In this document: positions 1 to 8,485 of the stretch, piece after piece | Numbering within the stretch: position 1 is the stretch's first letter | Layout: the number at the start of each line of letters is the position of its first letter | NCBI GenBank assembly: GCA_963676915.2 | Contig: CAXXVK010000005.1 | Location: forward strand, 1-24,607 | Length of the DNA: 24,607 bases | Reading direction: 5' to 3' | DNA from: Myxococcota bacterium | GTDB lineage: Bacteria; Myxococcota_A; SURF-8; G963663525 | Translations under genes and position numbers: made by a program | Notes under the pieces: model-generated | Seen by the model: the letters and a program-made list of their open reading frames with translations, nothing else | Databases searched by the model: none | What the model was told of the DNA's origin: nothing

Positions 1-93
1 GTTTTCGGCTGCGGTTTCTCCGTTACCGCAGGCAACGAAAACCAGCATCAAAACGAACCAACTCCATCCCGTGTTCCATACGATTTTCGTCAT
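1..93 (-). CDS. Lipoprotein, N-terminal part only (runs off window start)
   Basis: Not in the ORF track. Manual translation from ATG at 93: MTKIVWNTGWSWFVLMLVFVACGNGETAAEN, with a hydrophobic stretch and lipobox FVAC-G. AAGAAGG-type RBS upstream. Confidence 0.75.
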   Translation of the reverse strand, partial: MTKIVWNTGWSWFVLMLVFVACGNGETAAEN

Positions 94-424
94 GGGAACC
101 TTCTTTCAAACCTCCGATTGGATCTTCGTTACTCGTATATCATATTTTGTGAAGAGGAACCACCCGAAGCCGTCTCAGCTTGGAATTTACGAGCACAATG
201 TGACGATTTCGCAGACTCGAAGCTGCAAATCCGGGGTTTTCCGTTCACATTGTGCCGCTTTTTCGTCACAAAATCTCAGGTTTTCGGCACAATATTACCC
301 TTTATAGTGATAGAAGCTTATCTCAACTGTAATATTTTGTTCACACGATTTTCTTCACGGCACATCTCGTCACATATTGATTTCGGAGATCCATGGGGCA
401 GGTATCGGAAACGTGAATTTGTTT

Positions 425-453
425 ATGACAACAAAATGCGATAAGATTACATT
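425..453 (+). promoter_or_regulatory. Candidate sigma70 promoter for the 519 lipoprotein
   Basis: ATGACA-17 bp-TACATT about 65 bp upstream of the start codon. Confidence 0.35.
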
Positions 454-518
454 GTTGGGTGTTCGTGAATGAAATGTAGGACACTCAACGGCAAAATTAC
501 CTGAAAATTCGGAGAATC

Positions 519-1928
519 ATGCTGAATTTACGAAAAACAGTGCGGTTTTCTGCATGGACGACCCGCTTGTTTCTGTTGGCAATGGTTGGCTTGGCGGCGT
601 GCTCCGATTCCGACGAGGACTATCAAGGCGACCGGGACGAAATCACCGACAATCCACCTCAACAAACCGAGGAAGAGGACCGTTGTCAAGAAGGGTTTGT
701 GTACCAAGGGGGGAAATGCGTTCCGGAACTAAACACCGATGAGGATCGCGGCGTTGCTGACCAAGATTCCGACCTGGAACCCGATGAAGTCGATGTCGAA
801 CCGGGAGAAACTCCTTATGCTCATCTGCTGGGTTGCCCCAGCAACGACGGTCCCTTTCCTTGTCTCGTGAATCTTCCGTTTGAATATACCAATGACAAAG
901 GGGAGTTTCGTTTTGGAAGCCCTGCGGGGTTATTTCAAAACGGTATAGATGTGTGGGAAAACTGGATTGTTTTTCACTGGAATCGTAAGGACTATAAAGA
1001 ATTCCATGGGCTATTTCTCTTTGACTATTTAACGAAAACTTTTATTCTTCTTTCTGATTATAGTTTATGGCCTGGAATAGGTTGTAACCAGATTGTTTGG
1101 GTTGACTATGATAAAAATTTAGCAGCAGAAAACAATGGGAAGCTTTTTCAATCGGACTTATCACGAATCGAAAAAAAGTCACTTTCACAAACTATTTCTT
1201 ATAAAAAATCCCCTAAAATTACACCGAATAGAGTTTTCTGGATTGATAATCGCGAATTCGGCACGGAATACAATTACAATCTCTACACTTTCAATGAATT
1301 TCATGAAGAAGTTAAAGTGGATTCTATTGGAAATGGCGGAATAGATCGCTATGCAGTTTATGGAAATAAAGTAGCGTATGCTATGTATCCCGACCGTTCC
1401 CTCGTTTTAGTGGATTATGATACCAATATTCAAAAACTCATTTCTCAAGACGCTGTTGCGGATTTTCGTGTCGTGATGTCGGAGAAATACATTTTCTGGA
1501 ACAGTCTCCGATACGCTGAGAATACCGATTGCGGTTATTCCATCTTGAAATACGACCTGGAAACCGGAGAAGAAACCATCTTCAAACAATCTACCGGTCT
1601 CGACGATTGGCTTGTGTGGGATATATGGGAAGATTGGCTAGTGTATACGGATTACAGCAAAGGTGGAGGGGCAGAAGGCTTTGAACGATGTCGATATACA
1701 GATGCTGATGGGGATTTGATTTTACATTACCTTCCGACCGGAGAAGAGTGGAATCTTACCGATGAGCATGGTCCCCAGGAACAAGCAGCCATGTGGGGTC
1801 CGTTGATAGTATGGAAAGATTCTAGGCATGATTTGTCTCCTCCTTGGAGGCTTTCCAACGTTTTCGGCGTGGATTTGTGCATGCATCCCGAACTGAAATC
1901 CCGTTTCGAAGCCTGTGCCAAGCGTTGA
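519..1928 (+). CDS. Surface lipoprotein with acidic linker and beta-propeller (TolB-like / Methanosarcina-type surface propeller repeats)
   Basis: GGAG RBS; signal peptide with LAAC lipobox; D/E-rich linker containing a small Cys pair (CQEGFVYQGGKC); repeated blade motifs IVWVD, VFWIDNR, IFWNSLR, LVYTD, IVWKDSR. Confidence 0.75.
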   Translation: MLNLRKTVRFSAWTTRLFLLAMVGLAACSDSDEDYQGDRDEITDNPPQQTEEEDRCQEGFVYQGGKCVPELNTDEDRGVADQDSDLEPDEVDVEPGETPYAHLLGCPSNDGPFPCLVNLPFEYTNDKGEFRFGSPAGLFQNGIDVWENWIVFHWNRKDYKEFHGLFLFDYLTKTFILLSDYSLWPGIGCNQIVWVDYDKNLAAENNGKLFQSDLSRIEKKSLSQTISYKKSPKITPNRVFWIDNREFGTEYNYNLYTFNEFHEEVKVDSIGNGGIDRYAVYGNKVAYAMYPDRSLVLVDYDTNIQKLISQDAVADFRVVMSEKYIFWNSLRYAENTDCGYSILKYDLETGEETIFKQSTGLDDWLVWDIWEDWLVYTDYSKGGGAEGFERCRYTDADGDLILHYLPTGEEWNLTDEHGPQEQAAMWGPLIVWKDSRHDLSPPWRLSNVFGVDLCMHPELKSRFEACAKR

Positions 1929-2054
1929 GCGGAAAGAACGTATGAAACCTCGCGGTTGGATGGGAGATGGTTCTACGCTTTTTCTTTTTCCTCGAGAAGT
2001 GAAGCTGTTTTCTTGCCGACCGTGGATCTGACGTGTTTTTTTCACCGGGAAAGT

Positions 2055-2083
2055 TTGACAAATGTTCGGCACAATGCTAATTC
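2055..2083 (+). promoter_or_regulatory. Candidate sigma70 promoter of the tRNA pair
   Basis: Perfect TTGACA (2055-2060), 17 bp spacer, TG-C-TAATTC extended -10-like element just upstream of tRNA-Arg. Confidence 0.5.
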
Positions 2084-2100
2084 CAATCCTCGCTTCTCAT

Positions 2101-2177
<77 letters not shown>

Positions 2178-2218
2178 GATATCGCTCCGTTTTGCTAACG
2201 GATGACAATTTTATATAT

Positions 2219-2293
2219 GGGCGGTTAACTCAGCGGTAGAGTGCCATCTTCACACGGTGGAAGTCGCTGGTTCAAATCCAGTACCGCCCACCA
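2219..2293 (+). tRNA. tRNA-Val (anticodon CAC)
   Basis: Cloverleaf: acceptor GGGCGGT/ACCGCCC, D arm ACTC-AGCGGTA-GAGT, anticodon arm CCATC-TTCACAC-GGTGG, T loop TTCAAAT, A73, encoded CCA. Confidence 0.95.
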
Positions 2294-2301
2294 TCGAAAT
2301 C

Positions 2302-2333
2302 GGACCTTGCCTTATCGGGCTTGGTCCTTTTTT
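2302..2333 (+). terminator. Rho-independent terminator after the tRNAs
   Basis: Imperfect GC stem GGACC-TT-GCC...GGC-TT-GGTCC followed by TTTTTT. Confidence 0.6.
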
Positions 2334-2385
2334 ATTGTGGTATGGCAGTTTGAAGGGCTTTTATAAATCAGTTGTTATTTCCAAC

Positions 2386-2676
2386 GATGGAGCAGGATTG
2401 TATCCGGGTCCAAACGTTCATGACTCCAGCACCTCAAGTTAAACTCGGTATTTTCACAATAAGCATTAAAACACTATGGCTTAAAAGATCAAAATATGAG
2501 GAGCAGGATACAATCCTGCTCCATCTCATCAGCCGTGAGATTCCAATAGGTTGCACGGCCATCGATTCTTCGAATCGAAGACCGTGGCACCCCACTTATA
2601 AGCACTAAGTCAACGGCATTGGGATTGTAACCTGGTCCATCTCATCGGTGTCGGGCAAGAAATTTACCCGACCTAC
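2386..2676. repeat. Cluster of REP-like palindromes (three copies of one family plus two other hairpins)
   Basis: 2386-2411 matches the reverse complement of 2500-2525 at 24/26; perfect palindrome GGAGCAGGAT-ACA-ATCCTGCTCC at 2500-2522; partial third copy at 2622-2646; further hairpins at 2554-2595 and 2650-2676. Confidence 0.7.
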
Positions 2677-2798
2677 TAAAGCTCACAGTTTAACCTACGA
2701 AACTGCGAAACGATGCCGGTCGGTCCATACTGTCTAAAGCCGCTGTATTTCGTGATGTACTGTTCTATCAAAAAACTCTTTTGATCCTTTGAGCTGCA

Positions 2799-3461
2799 TC
2801 AGGGCGTTGTTTTGCGTCCTTGAACGGCGAGCAGCATTGGGCGAATCGTGAGAGTACCGTTTTTCAAAGGCGAATTCAGGACGAGGTTCTTGAACGTTTC
2901 ACCATCGAACGCTGTTTCAAGGCAGGCACGCACCATGGGACGAAAGGCGTCGATTTCTTCGAACTTCTGTGCAAAGGGCAGGGTGGTCCAATCGCCACCT
3001 GCGTGAAGATCCCGAATCAAATACGACCCACCCGGTTTCAACACCCGGTAAACTTCCTCCAGCATTCGTTCGGGAGCCGGAAGTTCGTGCAACGTATTGT
3101 AGCTGAACACGCCATCGAAAGCATCGTTCTCGAAAGGAAGATTCTGGGCGTCACCTTCAATCGTCAACAGGCGTTTGGGATCGAGTTGACGTTCTTTTTC
3201 GTACTGTTGCGCGTTTTGTTTGGCAATGGCCAGCATTTCCGGGTCGCAGTCCAATGCCGTGCAACGGCTCTCGGAGGTATCTGAAAGCCATTCCAGCGCT
3301 AAAATCCCGGGACCACAGCCGATTTCCAGAACCTGACCATTTGCAATACCGCCATCGAGGATAGCTTTGGTCGGAAGCATTCCGGCGTCACGCAGGCAAC
3401 GGATCATTCGGTCGAAAAGAGAGGCATCGTAAGGAATTTTTCGTGTCACGCTCGAATCCAT
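2799..3461 (-). CDS. Class I SAM-dependent methyltransferase (UbiE/Methyltransf_11-like)
   Basis: Motif I VLEIGCGPG, LDCDPEML, GDAQNLPFENDAFD, TLHE, EVYRVLKPGG. Confidence 0.9.
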   Translation of the reverse strand: MDSSVTRKIPYDASLFDRMIRCLRDAGMLPTKAILDGGIANGQVLEIGCGPGILALEWLSDTSESRCTALDCDPEMLAIAKQNAQQYEKERQLDPKRLLTIEGDAQNLPFENDAFDGVFSYNTLHELPAPERMLEEVYRVLKPGGSYLIRDLHAGGDWTTLPFAQKFEEIDAFRPMVRACLETAFDGETFKNLVLNSPLKNGTLTIRPMLLAVQGRKTTP

Positions 3462-3509
3462 TGGGTTTCCGCTTTCGTTTCGATGGAAAGATAGAACGAA
3501 AAAACAGGA

Positions 3510-4115
3510 TTATTCTCGACGTTGAGCAATCAGTGTGTCGATCAATCGTTTTTGTGCAGACTGGAAGAACAGCGACAAAGCTGTTTTACCATTTCGGTTT
3601 TTGGCTCGAAGCGGCGAACCTTTTCGCAAAAGCAGCCAAAAAGCATCGAAATGGCCTTGCTTTGCAGCATGCATCAACGATGTGTTGTCGTATTCGTCGA
3701 TTCGTGTGGGATCGCAGCCCCGTTGCAGCAGAAACCGCACGATGTCGTAATGCCCGTTCGAAGCGGCCCGCATCAACAACGTTTGTCCCGTATGGTCTTG
3801 CAGATCGAGTTGGGCATTTCTTTCCAGCAAGGTTTGGAGAAGCGGTTGATTCCCCGTACTTGCGGCAAACATTGCAGGAGTTTCGTCGTGATTGTTGCGA
3901 GCATCGGGGGAGGCTCCCAACCGCAAAAGGAGCGAGGCGCAGTCTTCGTGCGCCATTTTGCAACTCAGATGCAGGGCCGTATTGCCTTCGTCGTCGCGCA
4001 TTTCCAGGTCCGCACCCGTGGCGATGCGCAATTCCAGAGCGGAATAATCGCCATCCAGCGCGGCTTGTAACAGCGGCGGCAATGGGGGAATCGGATCTTG
4101 CAAGCGTTTCTCCAT
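3510..4115 (-). CDS. Ankyrin repeat protein (about 5 repeats), no signal peptide
   Basis: GNTALHLS, DETPAMFAA, GQTLLMRAASNGH, DNTSLMHAAKQGH, GKTALSL at about 33-aa spacing. Confidence 0.92.
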   Translation of the reverse strand: MEKRLQDPIPPLPPLLQAALDGDYSALELRIATGADLEMRDDEGNTALHLSCKMAHEDCASLLLRLGASPDARNNHDETPAMFAASTGNQPLLQTLLERNAQLDLQDHTGQTLLMRAASNGHYDIVRFLLQRGCDPTRIDEYDNTSLMHAAKQGHFDAFWLLLRKGSPLRAKNRNGKTALSLFFQSAQKRLIDTLIAQRRE

Positions 4116-4151
4116 GGCGTTGACCTGAAAAGACGGTAAACGCCGGGAAGG

Positions 4152-5363
4152 TTACAGGATCAACGCTTGAGATGCAAGATAACCTACGGTCGGCACGGAA
4201 ACGTGGTACTCGTAATGTTTACCCAGTTCGGTCAATTGACGCTGGCAACTCAGGCAGGACGTTGCGATGGTTTTGCACCCCGAACGCTTCATTTGCAACG
4301 CTTTTCCGTGACCCGCCCGCATTCGTTTGTCATAACTCGTGGAATCCTGAAGGATTCCGCCACCACCGCCACAGCACAATGCGTATTTACGGTTGGTATC
4401 CAACTCGACCACTTCTCGAACGCAAAGTTCCAGCACTTTTCGGGGAAACTCCACTACGCCGCCTTTTCTCGCGATGTTGCAGGGATCGTGGTAGGCGACC
4501 CGCTCGGGATTTTTGGATTTGTCGAAACGGAGCTTGCCTTCTTCTGCGCCTTTGACGAGAAGTTCGGACATTGTGATCAACTTGAATTCCGGTTTCCTGC
4601 CGAGCAGTCGTTCGGCATATTTTTTCAGAAAGAGGAAACCATGGCCGCATTCGGATAAAACAAGGTATTTCGCGTCGAGTTCTTCGATGGCTTCAATCAC
4701 CTGAAGTCCCATTTGCAAGGCGATATCGTCGTTTCCGATGTAGTAACCCCAGTTGGTGACATCCGACGTTTTGCTGCAAACCGTCCATGGTTCTCCCAGA
4801 GCGTACAGCAGTTTTCCCATGGCGGTGAAATGCTCGACGGCGTTTTCCAATTCTCGTGGATTGGGCAGGTAGGCGTACGTCGCCCCCTTCAGGTCCAGGG
4901 GGAATTCCGCATTTTCGTCGCCGACCTCATCGCCGAATTCTTCGGAAAGCCACTCGATGGTTTCGATGTATTCGTCTTTTTCCACACCGTTGACGTTTCC
5001 GGTTTCCAGACGATGCTTGATCCCTTTATGGAAGTCTTCGGGAATCTGGTGCAGAGCCGAGGGCAGCGCCCGCGCACGTCGAACCAGCGTTCCCATATCG
5101 ACGCCCATGGGGCAATCCATCATACAGCGATTGCACATGGTGCAGTTCCAAAGGTCGGGAGCGCGGCCCAATTCGTCTTCCAGTCCCAAATAGGCGAGAC
5201 GCAGCATTTTCAGAGGGTCCGGCGAACCTTCCGCACCACGCCAGGTACAACGCGAAATGCAAGCCTGACAGGTTAGGCAGTAAGACAAATTAACCGCTTC
5301 CGGCTCCAGGATCACGCGGTCGAATAACGGACGTTTAGCGGAAATGGCAAGAGGATCAGGCAT
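4152..5363 (-). CDS. HdrD/DsrK/HmcF-family Fe-S oxidoreductase (ferredoxin + CCG domain)
   Basis: CLTCQACISRC and CTMCNRCMMDCP (2x[4Fe-4S]); SECGHG; HDPCN...CCGGGGG...CLSC. Start reassigned to ATG at 5363, which overlaps the upstream stop (ATGCCTGA) and has a GAAGGA RBS. Confidence 0.88.
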   Translation of the reverse strand: MPDPLAISAKRPLFDRVILEPEAVNLSYCLTCQACISRCTWRGAEGSPDPLKMLRLAYLGLEDELGRAPDLWNCTMCNRCMMDCPMGVDMGTLVRRARALPSALHQIPEDFHKGIKHRLETGNVNGVEKDEYIETIEWLSEEFGDEVGDENAEFPLDLKGATYAYLPNPRELENAVEHFTAMGKLLYALGEPWTVCSKTSDVTNWGYYIGNDDIALQMGLQVIEAIEELDAKYLVLSECGHGFLFLKKYAERLLGRKPEFKLITMSELLVKGAEEGKLRFDKSKNPERVAYHDPCNIARKGGVVEFPRKVLELCVREVVELDTNRKYALCCGGGGGILQDSTSYDKRMRAGHGKALQMKRSGCKTIATSCLSCQRQLTELGKHYEYHVSVPTVGYLASQALIL

Positions 5364-7902
5364 CGGTTGTTTCCTTCTCATCGAGAATCGTTTGCAGGAT
5401 TTCTGACAGTCGGTCCGGTTCGTTTGCGGCGACGTGCTCCATGTGAATCCGGTGTGACAGTTTCATTTGCACCAGCATTTCACCTGCCGCCTGAATCCGC
5501 GAATGGGCGAAGCGGGTACCGCGATCCGAACGGCAATTGCCGATATGACAACCCATCACCAGGACTTTTTCGGCCCCTCCCAGTAGCGCCGTGAGCATAT
5601 GGTTCGAACAAACACTGCCCGCACAGGGAACCACCACCTTGCGGATGCCTTCCGGCAGGGGAAGTCCTTTTTCCTTTGCGGCTTTCCAGGCAAGCGCGGC
5701 AGAGTTTTGACATAAGAAAGCAACGACTTTCGGCAGTGGCGGCACGACCCGGCAGGCGGGTTGATCCGGTTCTGCCAAGGCGAAAGAGATTGCCATGGCG
5801 GGGCAGGAACTCATGCAGATTCCGCAGGCCCAGCATAGCGAAGAGTCCATTTGCGGAACTTTTCCTTCTCGCAGGCTGATGGCACGGTGCGAACAGACAT
5901 TGTAGCAGGTCAGGCAGCGGACGCAGCGGCTTTCGTCGATGACTGCGAAATTCTCCTGAATTCCACGGGTTTCCATCCAGTTCAGGGCAGATTCCACAAC
6001 GGCATCGGCCTCAAGTGTCGTTTCCGAAGGCAATAGCTCGGCTTTGGCTTCTCCTGCAAAGAAAATCCCTTTGGTGAACGACGAAACCGGATGATGCCGG
6101 ATGTTGTTGGCCTGTAAAAAGCCTTCGCTGTCTCGGTCGAGACGAGTGATTTCCTCGATACGCGATAGAATCGGATGCGGTTCAGGATGTTCGGCAAGAA
6201 CAAGCGCATCCGCTTCCAGGACAAGCGATTGCCCCGGTAGCGCATCATCGGTCGTTTCGATGCGCCACGAGTCGTTCGACTTGGAAATCAACGGCTCTTC
6301 ATCGCCATAACGGATAAAGTGAATCCCTGCGTTTCGGGCTTCGTCGAAGATCCGTTGTCCATCCATTCCATTGACGGGCATATTGCGGAATAGCACTGTA
6401 GCCTCGAAGGATTTTTTTCGGGCTTCCAAGGCTTGTTCGAGGATACGACGAACGCTCGGAGCATTACTGGCACCGGAAACGTCGAGAAGAAACGCTATAC
6501 GGAGGCCCTCGCTTTCCTTGTTTTCCAGCGAAAATTCGGAAGAAGCCATGCAGCCTTCGGGAGCGGATTTCGGGAGATGTGCCGGTGAACGGGGAGCCGC
6601 AACCACAAGGTCGGCAAACAGGGATTTTTTTTCGGTTCCCTGTCGAATATCGATACGAAACGATTCGTCCTCACGGGTCATGGAAACGAGTTCGCCGTCT
6701 GTTACGTTGTTGTCATCGCTGTTTTCGGCATCGGAATCGCTCAAAATCGTCACATTCAGGCCGAAATTACGCAATTTTACGGCAGTTTCCATACCTGCAG
6801 GATGGCTTCCCACCACGGCAGCGTTACCACGGAGGGTCACTTGACTATCGGCCAGTATGTTGGAAACGGCAGCGAGTGCTTGTTTTTTTGCGTTGGGGAT
6901 ATCGGTTGGCCCCGTACAGGCTCCAGCTACGTAAATTCCAGGATTGACGGCGTAGCCTTCACTGGGTCGGGATAAATAGCCGTCATCGTTCGTATCGATT
7001 CCGAACAGTTTGGCCAGGTTGGAGGCTGAATCGTTGGGTTGCTGACCTACCGCCAGCACGATGCGGTCAAAAAATTCCGCAGAGGGGATATTTTCTGCGT
7101 TACGCCGGACGATACTTAGCCGTTGGGTGGTATCGTCCAGAAAAATTTCTCCCGGAACGCCTTGAAGGAAATGAACGCTCTCCTTCGCATCCTTGTAGAA
7201 CGTGCGGAACTCCTTCCCCATGATCTGCATGTCGATATAGAAAACGGAAACGTCCGTGTCGGGTCGGGTGTGCAACAAGCGACGCGCCATTTTGGTTGAA
7301 ACTTTGCAGCAGGTTTGCGAGCACCACGTATAACCTAGCTCACGGTTTCTCGATCCTACGCACTGAACGAAGGCGATGCGTGGCTTTTCGATCTCCGGCG
7401 GAAGGAACTCGTCGAGGCGGTTTTCTGCGAGAATCCGGTTCAGATCCACCGTGGTGACAACGCCATCCAACGTTCCGTACCCCAGCAAGGGAAGAGGTTC
7501 GGGGTCGAAGGGAGAAAATCCGCTGGCAAGCAGAATTTTATCCACTTTCAGGCTTTTGGGAAGATTCTCGGGCGGTGTTTCGCCGATAGGCTCGAAGGTT
7601 ACCCCGAAGCGCTCGCCCAAAGGTTCGCAAGAGGCAACCTGTGTTTGCGTAAGGATCTTGATGTCCTCGCATTCCTGCACTTGCTCGATCCATTTTTCAA
7701 TCAGGCAGGACGAACAGGCCGCACAGGTATCCGTTGCCATACAGGCCCACTGGGCTGCTTGTCCGCCCAGTTTCGGAGAACGTTCGACAAGGACGACACC
7801 GAATCCGTGATCCGTAAGAGCCAACGCCGAGGACAACCCGGCGGGACCGGCTCCGACGATCAAGACGTTGCCGCGTTTTCGTTCGATGGTCGATACCGAC
7901 AC
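5356..7902 (-). CDS. Fused HdrA/QmoA-like flavoprotein + degenerate second HdrA module + 2x[4Fe-4S] ferredoxin + MvhD-like [2Fe-2S] domain
   Basis: IVGAGPAG Rossmann motif; CMATDTCAACSSC; FVQCVGSR...WCSQTCC; FYIDMQIMGK; GIYVAGACTGP; second module VVGSHPAG...GIFFAG; CVRCLTCYNVC and CWACGICMSSCP; MvhD motifs AFLC..S, VPCAG, GCHIGNC. GGAGG RBS before GTG start. Confidence 0.88.
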   Translation of the reverse strand: MSVSTIERKRGNVLIVGAGPAGLSSALALTDHGFGVVLVERSPKLGGQAAQWACMATDTCAACSSCLIEKWIEQVQECEDIKILTQTQVASCEPLGERFGVTFEPIGETPPENLPKSLKVDKILLASGFSPFDPEPLPLLGYGTLDGVVTTVDLNRILAENRLDEFLPPEIEKPRIAFVQCVGSRNRELGYTWCSQTCCKVSTKMARRLLHTRPDTDVSVFYIDMQIMGKEFRTFYKDAKESVHFLQGVPGEIFLDDTTQRLSIVRRNAENIPSAEFFDRIVLAVGQQPNDSASNLAKLFGIDTNDDGYLSRPSEGYAVNPGIYVAGACTGPTDIPNAKKQALAAVSNILADSQVTLRGNAAVVGSHPAGMETAVKLRNFGLNVTILSDSDAENSDDNNVTDGELVSMTREDESFRIDIRQGTEKKSLFADLVVAAPRSPAHLPKSAPEGCMASSEFSLENKESEGLRIAFLLDVSGASNAPSVRRILEQALEARKKSFEATVLFRNMPVNGMDGQRIFDEARNAGIHFIRYGDEEPLISKSNDSWRIETTDDALPGQSLVLEADALVLAEHPEPHPILSRIEEITRLDRDSEGFLQANNIRHHPVSSFTKGIFFAGEAKAELLPSETTLEADAVVESALNWMETRGIQENFAVIDESRCVRCLTCYNVCSHRAISLREGKVPQMDSSLCWACGICMSSCPAMAISFALAEPDQPACRVVPPLPKVVAFLCQNSAALAWKAAKEKGLPLPEGIRKVVVPCAGSVCSNHMLTALLGGAEKVLVMGCHIGNCRSDRGTRFAHSRIQAAGEMLVQMKLSHRIHMEHVAANEPDRLSEILQTILDEKETTDA

Positions 7903-8211
7903 TGGAACCTCCGTTGTTCACGGGTTAGAGATTTGCCAAATGAATATGTTGCAAAATTAAAACAATTACAAGGAAGCGGTAAAATGCTACGCTGATAGGG
8001 AATTTTCGTCCACTTTGACGGATAACGCAAGTATTTCGTGAAGAAACAAAAAGTGTTGCATGTGTTGCAGGATAAAACAAAGGCTACATCTGATTGTGCG
8101 AAAGAAAATGACCGAAAATTTGAGGATTTTGTTTAAGTTCGTAATATATAACAAATCCAGTGAAAAGATAAATGTCAATAGATTAAACGGGTTGAGGTGT
8201 TGGAAGCTTCC

Positions 8212-8242
8212 TTGACAGAAAACAGCGTTTGGGCTATAGACT
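8212..8242 (+). promoter_or_regulatory. Candidate sigma70 promoter of the tmc-like operon
   Basis: TTGACA (8212-8217)-17 bp-TATAGA(CT) in an AT-rich divergent intergenic region. Confidence 0.5.
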
Positions 8243-8485
8243 ATATATCTTTAGTCTGTGTTCGGTGCAGGAAAAAAGTGAATTCGATCCCATTCCGAAA
8301 TGCCATTTTCGAGTGTTTTCATGCCGATTGGCGTTCGATTGTCAAAAGATATCGAGCGGAATGCGAAATCGTCATTTTTCCTGTGGGTTATCTTCTGTAA
8401 AATGATCCCATGGGGATCTTGTGGTCCCGATGAGGGAGCGAACAATTGAAAACCACCCCCACAGGGGGAAGCGGGAGCGGTGCCG

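Noticed and set aside
71-444. ORFs 71..307 and 118..444
   Set aside because: No recognisable motifs; they overlap the minus-strand lipoprotein start and the divergent promoter region
519-1928. Diversity-generating retroelement target
   Set aside because: No template-repeat copy differing at adenines and no reverse transcriptase visible in the window
2257-2608. ORFs 2257..2442 and 2372..2608
   Set aside because: They run through tRNA-Val, its terminator and the REP-like palindromes; spurious
2386-2676. Possible CRISPR array
   Set aside because: Repeats are inverted or partial with long uneven spacers; no cas genes in the window
4152-7902. Selenocysteine readthrough in Hdr/MvhD genes
   Set aside because: No in-frame TGA at Cys positions; the terminal TGA follows a complete MvhD domain and overlaps the next start
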